A stretch of DNA of 64,000 nt. Origin: Takakia lepidozioides. Its lineage: Eukaryota; Plantae; Bryophyta. Every line of letters begins with the position of its first letter. Positions within the stretch are counted from its first letter, which is position 1. The stretch is taken from assembly GCA_030704615.1 (NCBI GenBank), contig CM060734.1, positions 49,848,001 to 49,912,000 on the forward strand, read 5' to 3'. The translations under genes and the position numbers were made by a program. This document shows, piece by piece, positions 34,301 to 46,601 of this stretch. The notes below the pieces were generated by a model. It was not told the origin of the DNA and did no database searches. It was given only the letters and a program-made list of their open reading frames with translations.

Positions 34301-36490
34301 TCTATTGTGGTTTTGATCGGAGTCGCATAAAGTGCAAATGTCGCGTCTTTATTCGTAGCTCTCATGAAGGCTCTAGCTCCAAGAAACATGGGTTGAATAC
34401 CTTTGGTACTTTTGCATTTTAGTCTTGCCGAAATTTTTCATGATCGCCAGTCGATGTTAGGATTATGAAGTACAAACCAAGGAAGTCCAAGGATTACATG
34501 ATTTGTTGGAGACTGGATGACATTGAAAACAATATGTGATGCTTGATTTTTAAGCTTCACTTCAAGGGGTCGAGTTTCATGGTCAATATTTCCTGATGCT
34601 AACGGTCATCCATCGATGACTTCTATAGGGGCCGAGAATTTCTTTCTTACGAGCGTTAAATTGTGTTGCTTCGCAAAGTCTTTGTCAATAAAACACGCTG
34701 AAGCGCCCGAGTCCAAAAGTGCTTTTATGGAGATATTTCGATTTTGCATCCTCATCTTTACTGGAACTGTGAAACAAGGTACAGGGTCTCGAGGTAGAAA
34801 TAGACTTTTTTTTTGTGAAGAATTTGGGGTGTCCAGCCGTATGGTCCCTACTGTGACTGGACATCTTCGTTTTCCGACCTCCTCGTATCGAACACTTGAG
34901 TGTGCCCCGAGCTTTGAATCTTCTCTTGTTGGGACAATTTAATGCTATATGATCTTCTTCTCCGCAATAAAGACATAATCCATTCGAGCGCCGTCTTTGT
35001 TTTTCTTGTGGCGTCAATGGCTTAAATCGGACAACATCAATCTACATAGGATCATTACCGGATGTCTGATGGATCGTTGTGTTTGGTGCCGTAGTAGCAG
35101 CGGCATGGTGCGTCGTCGACCATCCAGATCGCTTCTCTTGACGTCTTCCGAACAAACGATTATTGCATGCAATGACTTGGGTGATGAATTCGCTCACTGT
35201 ACTCACGTTTGGCATTGTCAGCAACAATCACATAGAAACTGACTAATGATGCTCTTATCATTCCAGTCGAGGTCGCACGCAAGTTGTCGAAATTTGGCAG
35301 CATAAATGGAAACATGGCGTGCTCCTTGTCGAAGATTTCGTATCTTTGTCTCTGCAACTCTCTCTCTATCATTCTCTCCAAACGTTGCAGTGAACTCGGA
35401 CATGAACGCTTCAATATATTGTATAGTAAATGTGAATTTTTCTCTAATAGCGGTGCAAACCAAGATAGGCAGTGCCTAATAGAAGGGTGCCCACGAATCC
35501 CACTTGAATACCTTCATCAGGGTAGCGTTGTGGGTGTAGTTGTAGGAACAATCGTACTTATTGAACAAAACCACAAAATCTTGATCTCGTCCCATCAATT
35601 TTCTCGGGCATGCTGACTTTTGGTTCCCTTGTAATCTGTTGAAGATTTGGAGGAACCGTTGCAGTAGGATTTGAACTCGTAAGGTTGAAGATCCATTGTT
35701 CGACTCATTCAACTCTGAAATTTGATGTTGCAAATTGTTGAGAGCGTTGCCAAGATCTTGAGACTGATCAGCTTGTAGTTGGGCAGTAGAGGCACAAAGT
35801 TCTTGCATCTGGAGCTGAAGACTCTGCAATGTAGCAACCATTTCCGCAAATGTGTCTTCCATCTTAACTAACTAAGAAACAAACTTTAGTCTCACCAAAC
35901 TGTCAAGGACGAGAACATGACTGAACACAAACAAGAGTTCAGACTAGAGGTACAAGACTAGACAAGAAGTTAAGGTCGGCGTGGCCGAGTGCATGGTGAA
36001 TAAACATGAATCAAGATGATCTTTATAACAATGGACAAGAGTACAAGATACTGGAACTCGACTCGAATACTGGAATGCTGGAAACTGGACTGGGGTACCA
36101 GATACTGGAAGCTGGACTGGAGTACTGGGACTGGGAACAAGAGTAGCTTGAACTTGTGTTGGCGAGACTGAAGAGTGTCCAGTCTCGCTGCCTATATATA
36201 CTGGCTACTAAGAAGCTTCCCCTATGGAGGTTTCTTGCTGGAGAAGTTTCCAAGATTAAACAAAGGTTTCTTGATGAAGAAGCTTCCTTAAACAAATGAG
36301 GTATCTTGATGGAGAAATTTCATCCAAATGAAGCTTCTTGAGCAGTTTCCCAAGTTACTCTTGATAATTTGGTAAACTCTCGGTAACTTGGTAAGTAATG
36401 ATAAATCATGGTAGATCATGGTAACTTCCGGTAACTTGATAACTTCTGGTATTTACTCCTGGTAAGTTCCTCTGGGCTATGTCCGTGACA
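31343..36490 (-). mobile_element. Degenerate Tcn1/Tf1-like chromovirus; 5' LTR present, 3' LTR missing
   Basis: Gag (NLRQG, CLYCGEEDHIALNC), protease [20 protein letters not shown] and YLDD, integrase HPQTDGQTER, GPF, chromodomain YEVDEVLDSR...WKGY; many stops and frameshifts. Confidence 0.9.
35901..36490 (-). repeat. 5' LTR of the Tcn1-like element
   Basis: Inverted termini TGTCACGGAC / GTCCTTGACA on the minus strand; TATATATAG near 36192-36200; located just upstream of gag. Confidence 0.8.
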
Positions 36491-39400
36491 GGCTCGACAA
36501 GGCCCAAGAGGTGACTATTCACTTACCACTCGGCAGACGTACCATTTATATGACGAGGCTTGAGCGCGCGCGTTCAGGGTGACGACATATTCGTCTGCGG
36601 GGTCGTGGTAAGTTACGGTGTAGGTTGGGCTCATTGAACTGCCTACCCGACTGCGGTTAGTGCAGGGGGTCCGTGGTCGTACATGGTGGCTATGGTCACT
36701 ATCCAAGTCCTACCGCAAAGAGAAATCACGTACTCCTCTTCACAGGGCGAGTTTGCGTTTATAAGTCCTACGGTATCTTACAATCTATTTAGTAACTACC
36801 TTCCAAGTCTTTGTGTTTTATTGTCTAATTCCTACTGCCTAGGCCCTCAAGCCGCCTATAGCTGGGACATGTTTTAATCTCTTTACAAGGCACCTACCGA
36901 GCCTAGGAAGAAGAGGGAAAATCTTCCTCTCTCAATGCCCCTCCTTCACCGAGTGCTTAAGTTCAAGTCACATCTAATGGAAGGGCCAACGCTTCCTACC
37001 CCAGTGCCTAAATACTTTGTCCTAGCAAAGCAGTGAACAAAATTCCTATCATAATCCAATAGGTTTACCAAGTTCAATAAGGTGGTTCTAAGCCCCTCAA
37101 ATCAATAAGTTCAATCAGTTTGATCAACGCATTTCAGGCTATAATATGCACCACGTGCATCTATCCTATTCAAACAATTTCGCAAATCAGAACTGCTGGA
37201 AAATAAAAGAAAATAAGAAAATCAGGAAAAATACCTCCCTATGGGAAATCACGTGGGGAATCCAAAGATTCCCTTGGCGCCTGAAGATGCCCGTGGGAAC
37301 CCCGTGGGAACCCAATGAGAACCGAGGAACACCCGGGAACCATTCCCTACCGCGGGGAACTGCCGCGGCCCTATCGGATGAATGAATCTTGCTGAGAGCT
37401 CATCCTGCCACTACATTCGTTAGTCCGGAACATGCATGCGTAAATAATAAAATAACCACTGGTGGGTCCAAGCCAGATTTCACTCCCTTACATTATTTTA
37501 AGGCGCTGGTGCGCTTTCCCTCCGTGGAAAAAGCCATCCTCTACCTTGGGCTCTGACACAAAGGCGCACTGTAGTCGAGTTTTTAGGACATAGTACTTTC
37601 TCTCCTCCCTTGTCTCTCAAGGTCTCCGCCTCTAGCTCACTACTCACAGGCCCGCTTGGCTCTCTCTGGAGGCATAAGAACGCTCCCCTCTAAGGCTACG
37701 TCCTCCCAAAATCCTAGATTTTATCTACCACTGGCGCCTTAGATAACGGCTCCTAACGCTTAGAGGGGTATAAATTGAATCTAATAGCTAAAGGTAAGAA
37801 TATCCCCCTTTAAGGGAATTTGCAGACGCATTGCCCTCTGGGTAAAACGCTCCCGCCACGTGGCGAGCGCTCCACGCGTAGCGGTCCAAGCCGTGGACCG
37901 CTGCGGTTAACGCCGGCGTCCGCCGGTAGCTTTCGGTGATCCTGCAGGTAAAGACCCGCCCTCTGCTCACACGCTTCAGGGTCTCACGTCTGAGCCACGC
38001 GGCTGATATACTTGATCTCAGTACGACTTAAGGTCAACGCTAGGGCCCCTCGCCCCGTACGTCGTGGCTAGGCCATGGCTGCCTCCACGCTTTTAGTAAT
38101 CGAGTGCCTACTCTCTAGGCGCAGCCTCCCGGGCTGCTCGCGACTTTGGGGCAGCTACTGTCAAGCGAAATTAGCCCGCCTAAACCCCAAGACAAAAAAA
38201 TGCAATCCACCCTCCCCTAGGCCTCCATGGATTGCTAGTGGGGGGGGGGGATTAACATATAGTGGCCTTATAGTGGCATTATATCATAGATCCAGTCTGC
38301 TAGCCTTCATTTTCCAAAGATTGCTATATATCAAATTAGTAACCAAAAACACAAAGATTCTTTCTTCAAACAATTCAAATACAAGCATCTATTGGTATCT
38401 TTTCCAATAGGCTATAGGGTTCTTCCCCTTGTCAATTCTAGACATGAAATAGTGGGATTCCACAATGCACTCTCCTCTTTTGAAGAGCCTAAATGAGATT
38501 TTCAACTTCAAGCTTTGCTTGGAAAATAAATGAATCACATACATAAATGGTGAAATGGTAAGATGGGATCAACCTTTCTATGCGAGAGTGCTTGGGAGGC
38601 TCTATCGACTCAAGTAATGGTATTCTATGCGGCCTCCACTTGGGCTCTCGTCCATAAGTCCACACCAGCCCCTCCTACTCGTCTTCAAGTCACTTTCCTC
38701 CACATGAAATTGCTCTCTTCCTTCACAAATGAAATGGCTTAAAAGCCTACAAGCTAGGCCACTTGCCTTAGCTTACAAGAATTCTATCTAACTAGGGAGC
38801 TTCAAGCTCCACTCCCTAGGATCTAGCCCTTCCTCAAGCCAAAAACTATCAAGCACTACAACAACAAGCAAGAGGAAACTAATCAAATGAGCTAGATGAA
38901 GAACAAGAGAAGCCTTGTCCTTCTTTTATACTGTTTTTGAGCCTAATAAAATAATGGAAAATATTCATTAAACTATTATTTTCTTGGAGGATCTATAATA
39001 TAATATTCAACATGGATGAAAAGTCTTAGAGGCAAATGAAAGCTATCTTTTCATCCATCCCATTGGATGATCAGTTGGCGCAAGTTGTCATTTCATCCAT
39101 ACAGCTCCTCAAGTCGAATTCCAAGATTTTTCATCCATCCAAGTAGTAGAAATGCAAATAATAGGCCATGTGAGTGCCGTCGACTCAATAATTTGGCCCC
39201 GCTGCTAATCAGATAAATCAGTAAACTTGGCGACAAACTATAATAATATAATATAATTATATTATATTATATATTTATCAGCCTGTAAATTCTCAGCTCC
39301 ATCGGTGGTAAGAAGTTGCGCTTCTCGCCATTCGTCGTATTTTCGCTTCACACAGATTTTGTGGTATTTTTGGAAATCAAATCCTTGGTGATGGCTCTGG

Positions 39401-39919
39401 GGTCTTTGATTTGCCACTGAGTCATAGGTTGTCTGGAGTCCCCTCCAGTTGTCCCGCACCGCTAACAGGTCCATGCTTCGCCATTTGAAGTCGTCCTAAT
39501 CTGCTGTCATTCCGATGCGGCCAGCTGCTTTGTTACGATATTTCATCGATGTACATGTCGCTTCCACCAATTGCCAAGCTCCTCGCCGTGTGTTCCTACT
39601 GGACTTGAAAGGCGGGAGAAAAGAGAGATCGCAATCTGGGACTGAAACAGTCGTCTTCTAATGTTTGAATGGGATTACCTCGCCGTTTCTGGTACCGAAT
39701 TGGCAGCCTAATCTGTTGTCAATGCAGCTTCCTACGATCATCTTGACGCCAGAGTTCCACTCTTCGGTCGTCACAGACGCTGTCTAATTTTCTATGTGCT
39801 TTACCAACGATTTCCAGACAACTAACAAACTAACCTGTTTTGGCAGTACAATGCCGAAACCGTTTGTCTTATGATAAAAAAAGATCTGAAAAGAAAAGTG
39901 TACCAATATATGCATCTAC

Positions 39920-41025
39920 AGGTAGCTGGGCTCCAGTTGCTCTAGCCTTGGCATCTCGGTTTTTGTGTCAGCAACGCCCTATGTCATGGATGTGGTTGCC
40001 CACATCGACGATGGCTCTTTGCCCTTCCAGCAATATTTTCATGCAGCACGGGACCTCCTCTGGATACCAGCAGTACAAGCTTGTCTGCCACCTTTCGAAC
40101 AATTGGTGACTCAAGGCCTGGAGCACTTATAGGATACCATCATGGAACGCGTGCACTGACACTTTTTTTCCAGCATGCTTTCCGATGCTCCTTCAGATAC
40201 ACATCGGGCTAGATTTCTTTCTTGTGCTGGGCTTGGAGCAAGCGCCTGAAGAGCTCACGATACGACTAGCCATAGCACCATTCCGTATATCCTCAGCTGT
40301 ATTTACCACCTCCCTTCGGGTTAGACTTGGTCTTTCACATCCCCCTGTGTTAGGACTACATCGGTGTTTTGTCGCCATCCTATTGACCAACTTGGCATCC
40401 ATCTTCTTCGTTGCCATTGCAGCGGAGAACGCACTGCGATTCGTAATGTCGTCCGCGATGCAGTAGCTGCGGTTATTCGTGATGCAGGGATTCATGTACT
40501 TTGAGAGGAGATGCACATACTTCCAGTCCGCAATCATCGTTCCACACGACGACGCATTGACCTTGTCATCTCTCACGACGGGCTGCATACATTGGCGGAT
40601 ATGGTCATCACTGATCCTACTAGGGCAGATCTCCTTCTACGCATAGCCTCATCACAGGGAGTTGCTGCTTCTGTAGCCGCACAGGAGAAAGAGTGTGACT
40701 ATCGGGAACGTCACCCTACAGACACATTCCTCCTTTGACAGTCGAAATCTTTAGTTGTTTGCATCGTCAGTTCAACGACTTCCTTCGTACACGTGCCCAT
40801 TGTGCAGCTGAAAACAAATGCCTTGGAAGCCCATATGTCTCTGTTCTTACAGTTTTTTTTCGACAGCAAGTCTTTGTTGCTTTACAAAAGGTTCAAGCTT
40901 TATCTATTTTGCATCAGGCAGAGGTTGCTTCGGCAGCTTCATTTCACCTCCCGGCACTTTCTGACCTACCCTCTTTCCTGTTGTCTGATCTTCTTCAAGC
41001 AGTAGGTGATACTACAATAGTTTGA
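39920..41025 (+). mobile_element. 3' remnant of a CRE-like non-LTR retrotransposon with restriction-like endonuclease
   Basis: Degenerate Zn knuckle (HRC...HLLRCHCSGERTA), RIDLV...ADMVITDP, AAQEKE..Y and VEIF motifs across several frames. Confidence 0.7.
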
Positions 41026-41429
41026 CTTCCATTTATCATTATATCTAGCTCTATGAGATTTTACTTCTTCCCTTCCCTTTGGGATAGTTTTACCCATTTT
41101 GTACAATCACCCCATTTGGGTCTTTTTATGAAGCTATAGAGGTTTCTCTCTGTGCTCTTATCATAGCAAGAATCGAAGGCATGACAAATGGTCATGGATC
41201 AAGTTATCAGATGCCGTTAAAAGGAGAGAAATCTCCCCAACATTATAGCATTTTAGACTCGCACATGGGCTAATCCAAGTTGTGTCCTTTGGATAACTCC
41301 AATTTTTATTTTTATATGCTCAGTTCTATCATCTATGGTTTCCTTTATTAGATTTTATCCATCTATTTAAGCACTTTATATCCACCATCCTGCACATTGA
41401 AAGAATCAATTAATCCCAAATAATCTTAA

Positions 41430-42210
41430 CCCTTAAAGGATGACCTAACTTTTGGTGGGCCCACTAAAAAAGAGTATATACACTTATGGATGGGGGTGTA
41501 AATTCTTACCCCCAATCATCCAGGGGGATGAACCTTACACTTATGTGCATATCTACTATGTACACATCCTGTAAAAAATGTAGGCAAGTTGACCATTGCA
41601 TTTGGGAGATTATAACAAAATAATATGCCCCAATTTGTAAATGTATTCAAAAATTGCATGCAAAAAATTGTTTGACCATAAAATTGCAGTATTGAGTTGA
41701 ATCTTCCTAGACAAAGGCCCTCCATAATCTGATTATTTACTGCCTCCCATAAAAATCAGACCAAAATTCCAAAAATTATGATAGGCTGCTTTGTATGTGA
41801 AATATAGGGGGTAAAATTGTCTTATTTTGGCTTCTTTCACAATTACACCCATGAGATGATATTTGTTTTCCAATTCCTCTGGTAAATAAGTGCCCAGGAA
41901 CATTTCAAAAGGCCCTGTCCAAATTTTTTGGGATTATGATAAAATTTCAGCCCTAGATATTATTTTGAAGATTGCCCATTTGGCTGCCATGTAGGCAGGT
42001 CAATGGTGCTCTAACACTGGATTTTTCGACCCCTTGGCAATTTGAAAAATTCTAGGGAGCATAGCCTTTATGATTTTTTGGCGCTGTAAATTCCCACACA
42101 TGCACGTCTCTGACATCCACAATCTTCAGGATTCATTTCCATCCACTATCAAACTAGAGCGTGGGGAAAAACTGACGCTACCTGATTCGGGTCGCGTTGT
42201 CCTTTAGGGG
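41430..42210. mobile_element. Non-autonomous piggyBac-like element (781 bp)
   Basis: TTAA|CCCTTAAAGGATGAC ... GTTGTCCTTTAGGGG|TTAA; 12/15 inverted match, TTAA on both sides, no long ORF. Confidence 0.55.
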
Positions 42211-43035
42211 TTAACAGAGGGGCACCGTCACCTTTTAGCCCCCAGGAAAGACGAAAATAGAAAAGAAACTTAAGAATCCATTTACTCAACATATATTCAT
42301 TTTGAAAGAGAGATTCATATTCATCCATCCACCTTTCATTCATTCCATTAAAATGTTGTCATCTGTTTGTTAATTCAAAATTCATTTCTACACATCCATT
42401 TATATGAGGATGCTTCTATCCATCCATAGGTGTAAGCGTATTATATGTATTCTACGCTTATTCTATCCATCCATGAATACCTAATTTTTCATTGTCTGTG
42501 AGACCACAACACCTCCCTCTTACTGCGCTCCGGATAAATGTTACAGAGCAAAACCCTCCCGCAAATCCGTGGCATACTACCCTCGAAAATGACGAAGAAA
42601 CACATCATACAAACAAATTACAGAGAAAACCCCTCCGAATCCATTGCACATAATACAAACCCAAAAACGATCTTAATTAATATTCACATCAGACAATCTG
42701 ATCTCTGAGGTTCCGGCTCCAACACACGGAATCCTTTGTTCAAGTCAAAACCCCAGTTTTTGAGGAAATGCAGCTACAATTGTTTGGAGAAAATCGAGGG
42801 CAGGAATATAATATACACACATGTCTCTTGCAAGCGGATCTTTGATAAGGGACTGAGAGCTAGTTTTCAACATTCACTAATGAGACAGATGAGGACCTCA
42901 TGGAAGAGTCTTGAAATTTGTCCTATAAGTTTGTGGATCTCAGTTCTAGATATCCACAGTTTAGAAAAATTGGCCTCGATTGACTGCGATCTTTTTCAAC
43001 AGGTCTGATGGGTGCCAAGTTCTAGAGGCTGCAAT

Positions 43036-43590
43036 TTAGTCCAACGTAGGGAAGAGCCTTCTCGACCCCTCGAATGGCCGGTTGTACACTCTCTTGCTAT
43101 CATGGCAACAACTTTGCTTCTTAACTTCCTCCAGATCCAGAAGTTTACTAGAGTGCTTGAGGTCGAGATGGTGCTGGTACCCTCTCCGTAGCTTCAATGC
43201 GCTGGCCCTCATTTTCTCCTGAATCGATGTCATTCCCGCCTCAGGCTTCGCTGTCTCCTTGAACCCCATCACCTCCTCCACCTGCCTCTTCAAGCTCGAT
43301 TCATGAGCTTCCCATCTGCCTGCGGATTCCACCTTCCTGAAGCACTTCATCTTTGGGCGGGACTTGGGCTTCACACCCTCCTTAGGATTCGCCAAGTTCT
43401 CCTTCCACCCCATAACCTCCTCCGCCTGCCCTTTTAATGGCTCCAGCTCATTAGGCTTCCACTTCTTAGAGAAATTATCCGCCTCCACCTCTTCCACCTT
43501 CATCTTTGCACGCTTGAAAATTTTAACACGGAGGCTCCCACTTGTAGTCACCTTGGCGGAAATCGCCATGTAGTCCCGCTTCCCCATCAC
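43036..43590 (-). CDS. Intronless 184-aa basic hypothetical protein with an internal repeat
   Basis: ATG-initiated ORF; repeated LKGQAEEVMGWKE / LKRQVEEVMGFKE; no firm family assignment. Confidence 0.45.
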   Translation of the reverse strand: MMGKRDYMAISAKVTTSGSLRVKIFKRAKMKVEEVEADNFSKKWKPNELEPLKGQAEEVMGWKENLANPKEGVKPKSRPKMKCFRKVESAGRWEAHESSLKRQVEEVMGFKETAKPEAGMTSIQEKMRASALKLRRGYQHHLDLKHSSKLLDLEEVKKQSCCHDSKRVYNRPFEGSRRLFPTLD

Positions 43591-45551
43591 GAGCCAATTA
43601 CGGAGGCGAAAATAGAGCTAACAAGAGCTGACAAGAGAGCAACGTGGTAAGGGCAACCTGCTCGACAAAGAGGATAAGAGAGAGCAAGAATACTGGGCTC
43701 GAGAACAAGAAAGCGCAGCGCAGAAGGGCAAATATGATGAGAAGAGTGGCGAGAGGGAAGAGCGATCACGGGCAATGGCAGACAACAGTCGAGCGCCACG
43801 TGCCATTACATCTGGATACCTGCCACCTTTTTGCTCTAAGAATATACATACTTTTTCCTCTAAAAGTACAAATTAAAAATAGTAAAAGTAACTAGAGTTC
43901 TAGTTACTTTTCAGTTTTGACATACCGATCTTCAAGTGAGTCGGAACACGATCAAAAGACGTTCCTCTGATCTCTGCATGGGCTCACGTACCTGCAGGGC
44001 CGAGCCCAAGGATGCGGGGAGAAAACCATGTACAGCGAGCATGCATGGACATGCTTCCCTACTCGAATAGCGACCTCTCGACCGCCAGCATTCGCAATGT
44101 CATGCAGCGTTAAAAATGATGCTGCTGTGTTTCGCTATCAATGCAACACCGTACGTAATTGGGCATCTTCCAGTTTCTTCTTTCATAATAAAACCATCGA
44201 GACGTCTAGAATGGGACAACTGGTAGAAATATCTACACGCCATAGAAAGATGGAAAAGAATGGTCCCGAAATGATTGGCATGCAAGTCCACGAATGCATA
44301 ATATCCAGTCAACCATCTAGTCGGTTCAATGGAAGTGACCCTGTGGGTTAAACTGGTTAGCTCACAAAACTGCAAACTTGTCCACCTTGGTCCACTGATT
44401 AGCTTGCGGAGCACAGGTCGCTGGAAATACAAATAAAAGAGGACATTACAGTTCTCATTTATGGTCGAAGTGTTTGACTGACACCCAACTCAGGGCCGGA
44501 GACGCTCGTGAGCCGGCTTGCCCATCACCCTTATATAAGCTGCTCATTGCTGCCTCCTTCCTCATCTCTCTAGATCGAGCTATTCCATCACTTGAAAGTG
44601 CCAAAAAATTCTTGAAGCTCCCTCTGGTGACTCTCTCTCTTGAAGCTCTCTCTTGAGCAGGTCCATTAAACCTCGGACGTGAAAACCCTCTCTGGAGCGT
44701 CTCTCTCTGGAGCGGAAGTTAGAATCCGAGCAGAGCGTGTGCATTTAGGGCTTTTTCCCAAGCTCTAGAGCTCTTGTGAGTAAAGCATTTCAGCAGACTT
44801 GAGACCATATATTCCAGTTTTGACTCACAATACCCTCTCCGCAACAATGGCCGCTGTCTGCGCACCGCCATCCCCAAGATCAGCTCTACCTTCGCCAAAT
44901 TCGGAGGCGGCTTTCCATTTTGTGTCACAGCCGCATCGTGACATCAGGCAGAATGACTCCAGTGAGATAATCTACAGGAGTCAACAGCACCACCTTGCTC
45001 CTTTCACCCGCACCTAGCTGCCTTTATTCTTGAGTCTGCTAGTTTGCGCTACTCTTCGAAGACAGCTCTGGTGGATGGCACAAGCGGGACCCATTACACC
45101 TACTCTCAGGTCAGTTAGGATAATTTACTTTCCAATATCCGCTGAAGTAATGAAATGTAAGCTCACCGTGGTTGTTCCACCTCTGAAGCTTGCACTTGAT
45201 GTATCAATGGTGGATGCATGCATCAGTTCTCTAACAGTGCACACTAGTTAGACAAATCACCTCGAGTATGAACATATGGTCAATTGTCCATTTACATGAC
45301 AGAAGTCTGACCAGTGATGTATGACTACAGGTAGAGAAATGGGTGACGAAAACAGCTGCAGGATTAGGCTCTCTGGGTGTGATCGCGGGCGCTGCTCTCA
45401 CCAAACCTTCCAGTGTTTCCAATAGTCTATCTTGCCGTGGTGTCTCTCGGATAACTCCTTCGCCCAATCTATTGTTGACGGTCCACCTATCCTTGACCCT
45501 CCGTCTCCGCGAACCGCGAACGATTGCTGACAGCTTATTTGCGTGGTTACT

Positions 45552-45907
45552 AGAGTTATCCGTAAAGTGAGCCTGACTTTGGTACCCTGCTTGGACCCGA
45601 GTTACGGGTTTCATCCTGAGTTTGAGTTAATCCGTAAAGTGCAGAAAACTGAGCACGAAGTCAGAAAAGAGGGCACCAAATCATAAACTGGGGATGAGGG
45701 CAACCACTGCTCTGACCGCCTCCGCCTCCACGACTAACAAAACTCGGCACCAAACTCCCGCCACCCCATTTTCCTAGTCCTGGCAGTTTGGTCCCGTGTT
45801 TTTTTCTAGTCGTGCCCCCGCTTGATCCTAAGTTTCGAGTTTCATACCGAGTTTTGGCCAAACTCAGGGTTCTCATGCTGAGTTTGGGACCCTTTACGGA
45901 TAACTCT
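45552..45907. mobile_element. MITE, 356 bp
   Basis: Perfect 16-bp TIR AGAGTTATCCGTAAAG / CTTTACGGATAACTCT; ACT on both flanks (alternatively TA with a 15-bp TIR); partial internal TIR copy near 45624. Confidence 0.75.
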
Positions 45908-46601
45908 ACTACTTACATCCAGTTTTGTCGTAGTCTTTGCTCGTGGGCTCTTTCTAGTGTTGTGATGGCTGCCAAGAGATTTATTTTTTGCACTAAAACA
46001 GCCTACAAAGTTTTTCATCAGCAATGCAGCATACCCAAACCCACTTTGCCCCTTCAAATTCCACAAGTTCCACAAGTTCCACAAGTTCCAGTGTTACTTG
46101 GCCATGTTAGAGGATTTCATGTTTCGTTTGAGACTAGAGCTGTACTTCAAATGTCTTGGACTCCGCTTATGTGATCCAGGTAAGGAATATATGACCCATT
46201 TAGATATGGTGATGTTCACACCATGTCACACCATACCATAAACATGGTGGAATGCATCCCTTGGTAACCTCAACTGTCAAATTGCTTCGGGTCCAAGCCT
46301 CACTCTACTTTCTGAGAATCCCCAACTGATACATACTCCCCTAGTAGTTGACATTTGTAGGCACTCCACAGCCTTGCTGTTTTGTTTTAATTGTATGTAT
46401 CCAACAAAATTCAGGGCTCTGTTCTCATATGGTTCCCTACTGCACTACCTCACCCACAGCATATCACCCATCCTCTTGACAACTAAGTGATGATTTGATG
46501 CTTGCCAGGTTTGCCAAGTGTTCATCTACCTGAGAGCATAACAAGATTAGAGGAAGAAGCCCAGCCTTCAAGGCCCTTCAGTCCTAGTAACAGGCCAGAC
46601 T

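Noticed and set aside
36491-38950. Possible further LTR or TE fragments (GGGAAC repeats, G-run at ~38240)
   Set aside because: No paired termini, TSD or recognisable domain was found.
39000-42480. Scattered CATCCATCC motifs near 39050-39140 and 42320-42480
   Set aside because: Too short and low in complexity to define an element; no termini.
44520-45030. TATA box followed by a CT-rich leader, possible miRNA or lncRNA gene
   Set aside because: No long hairpin or recognisable miRNA sequence was found.
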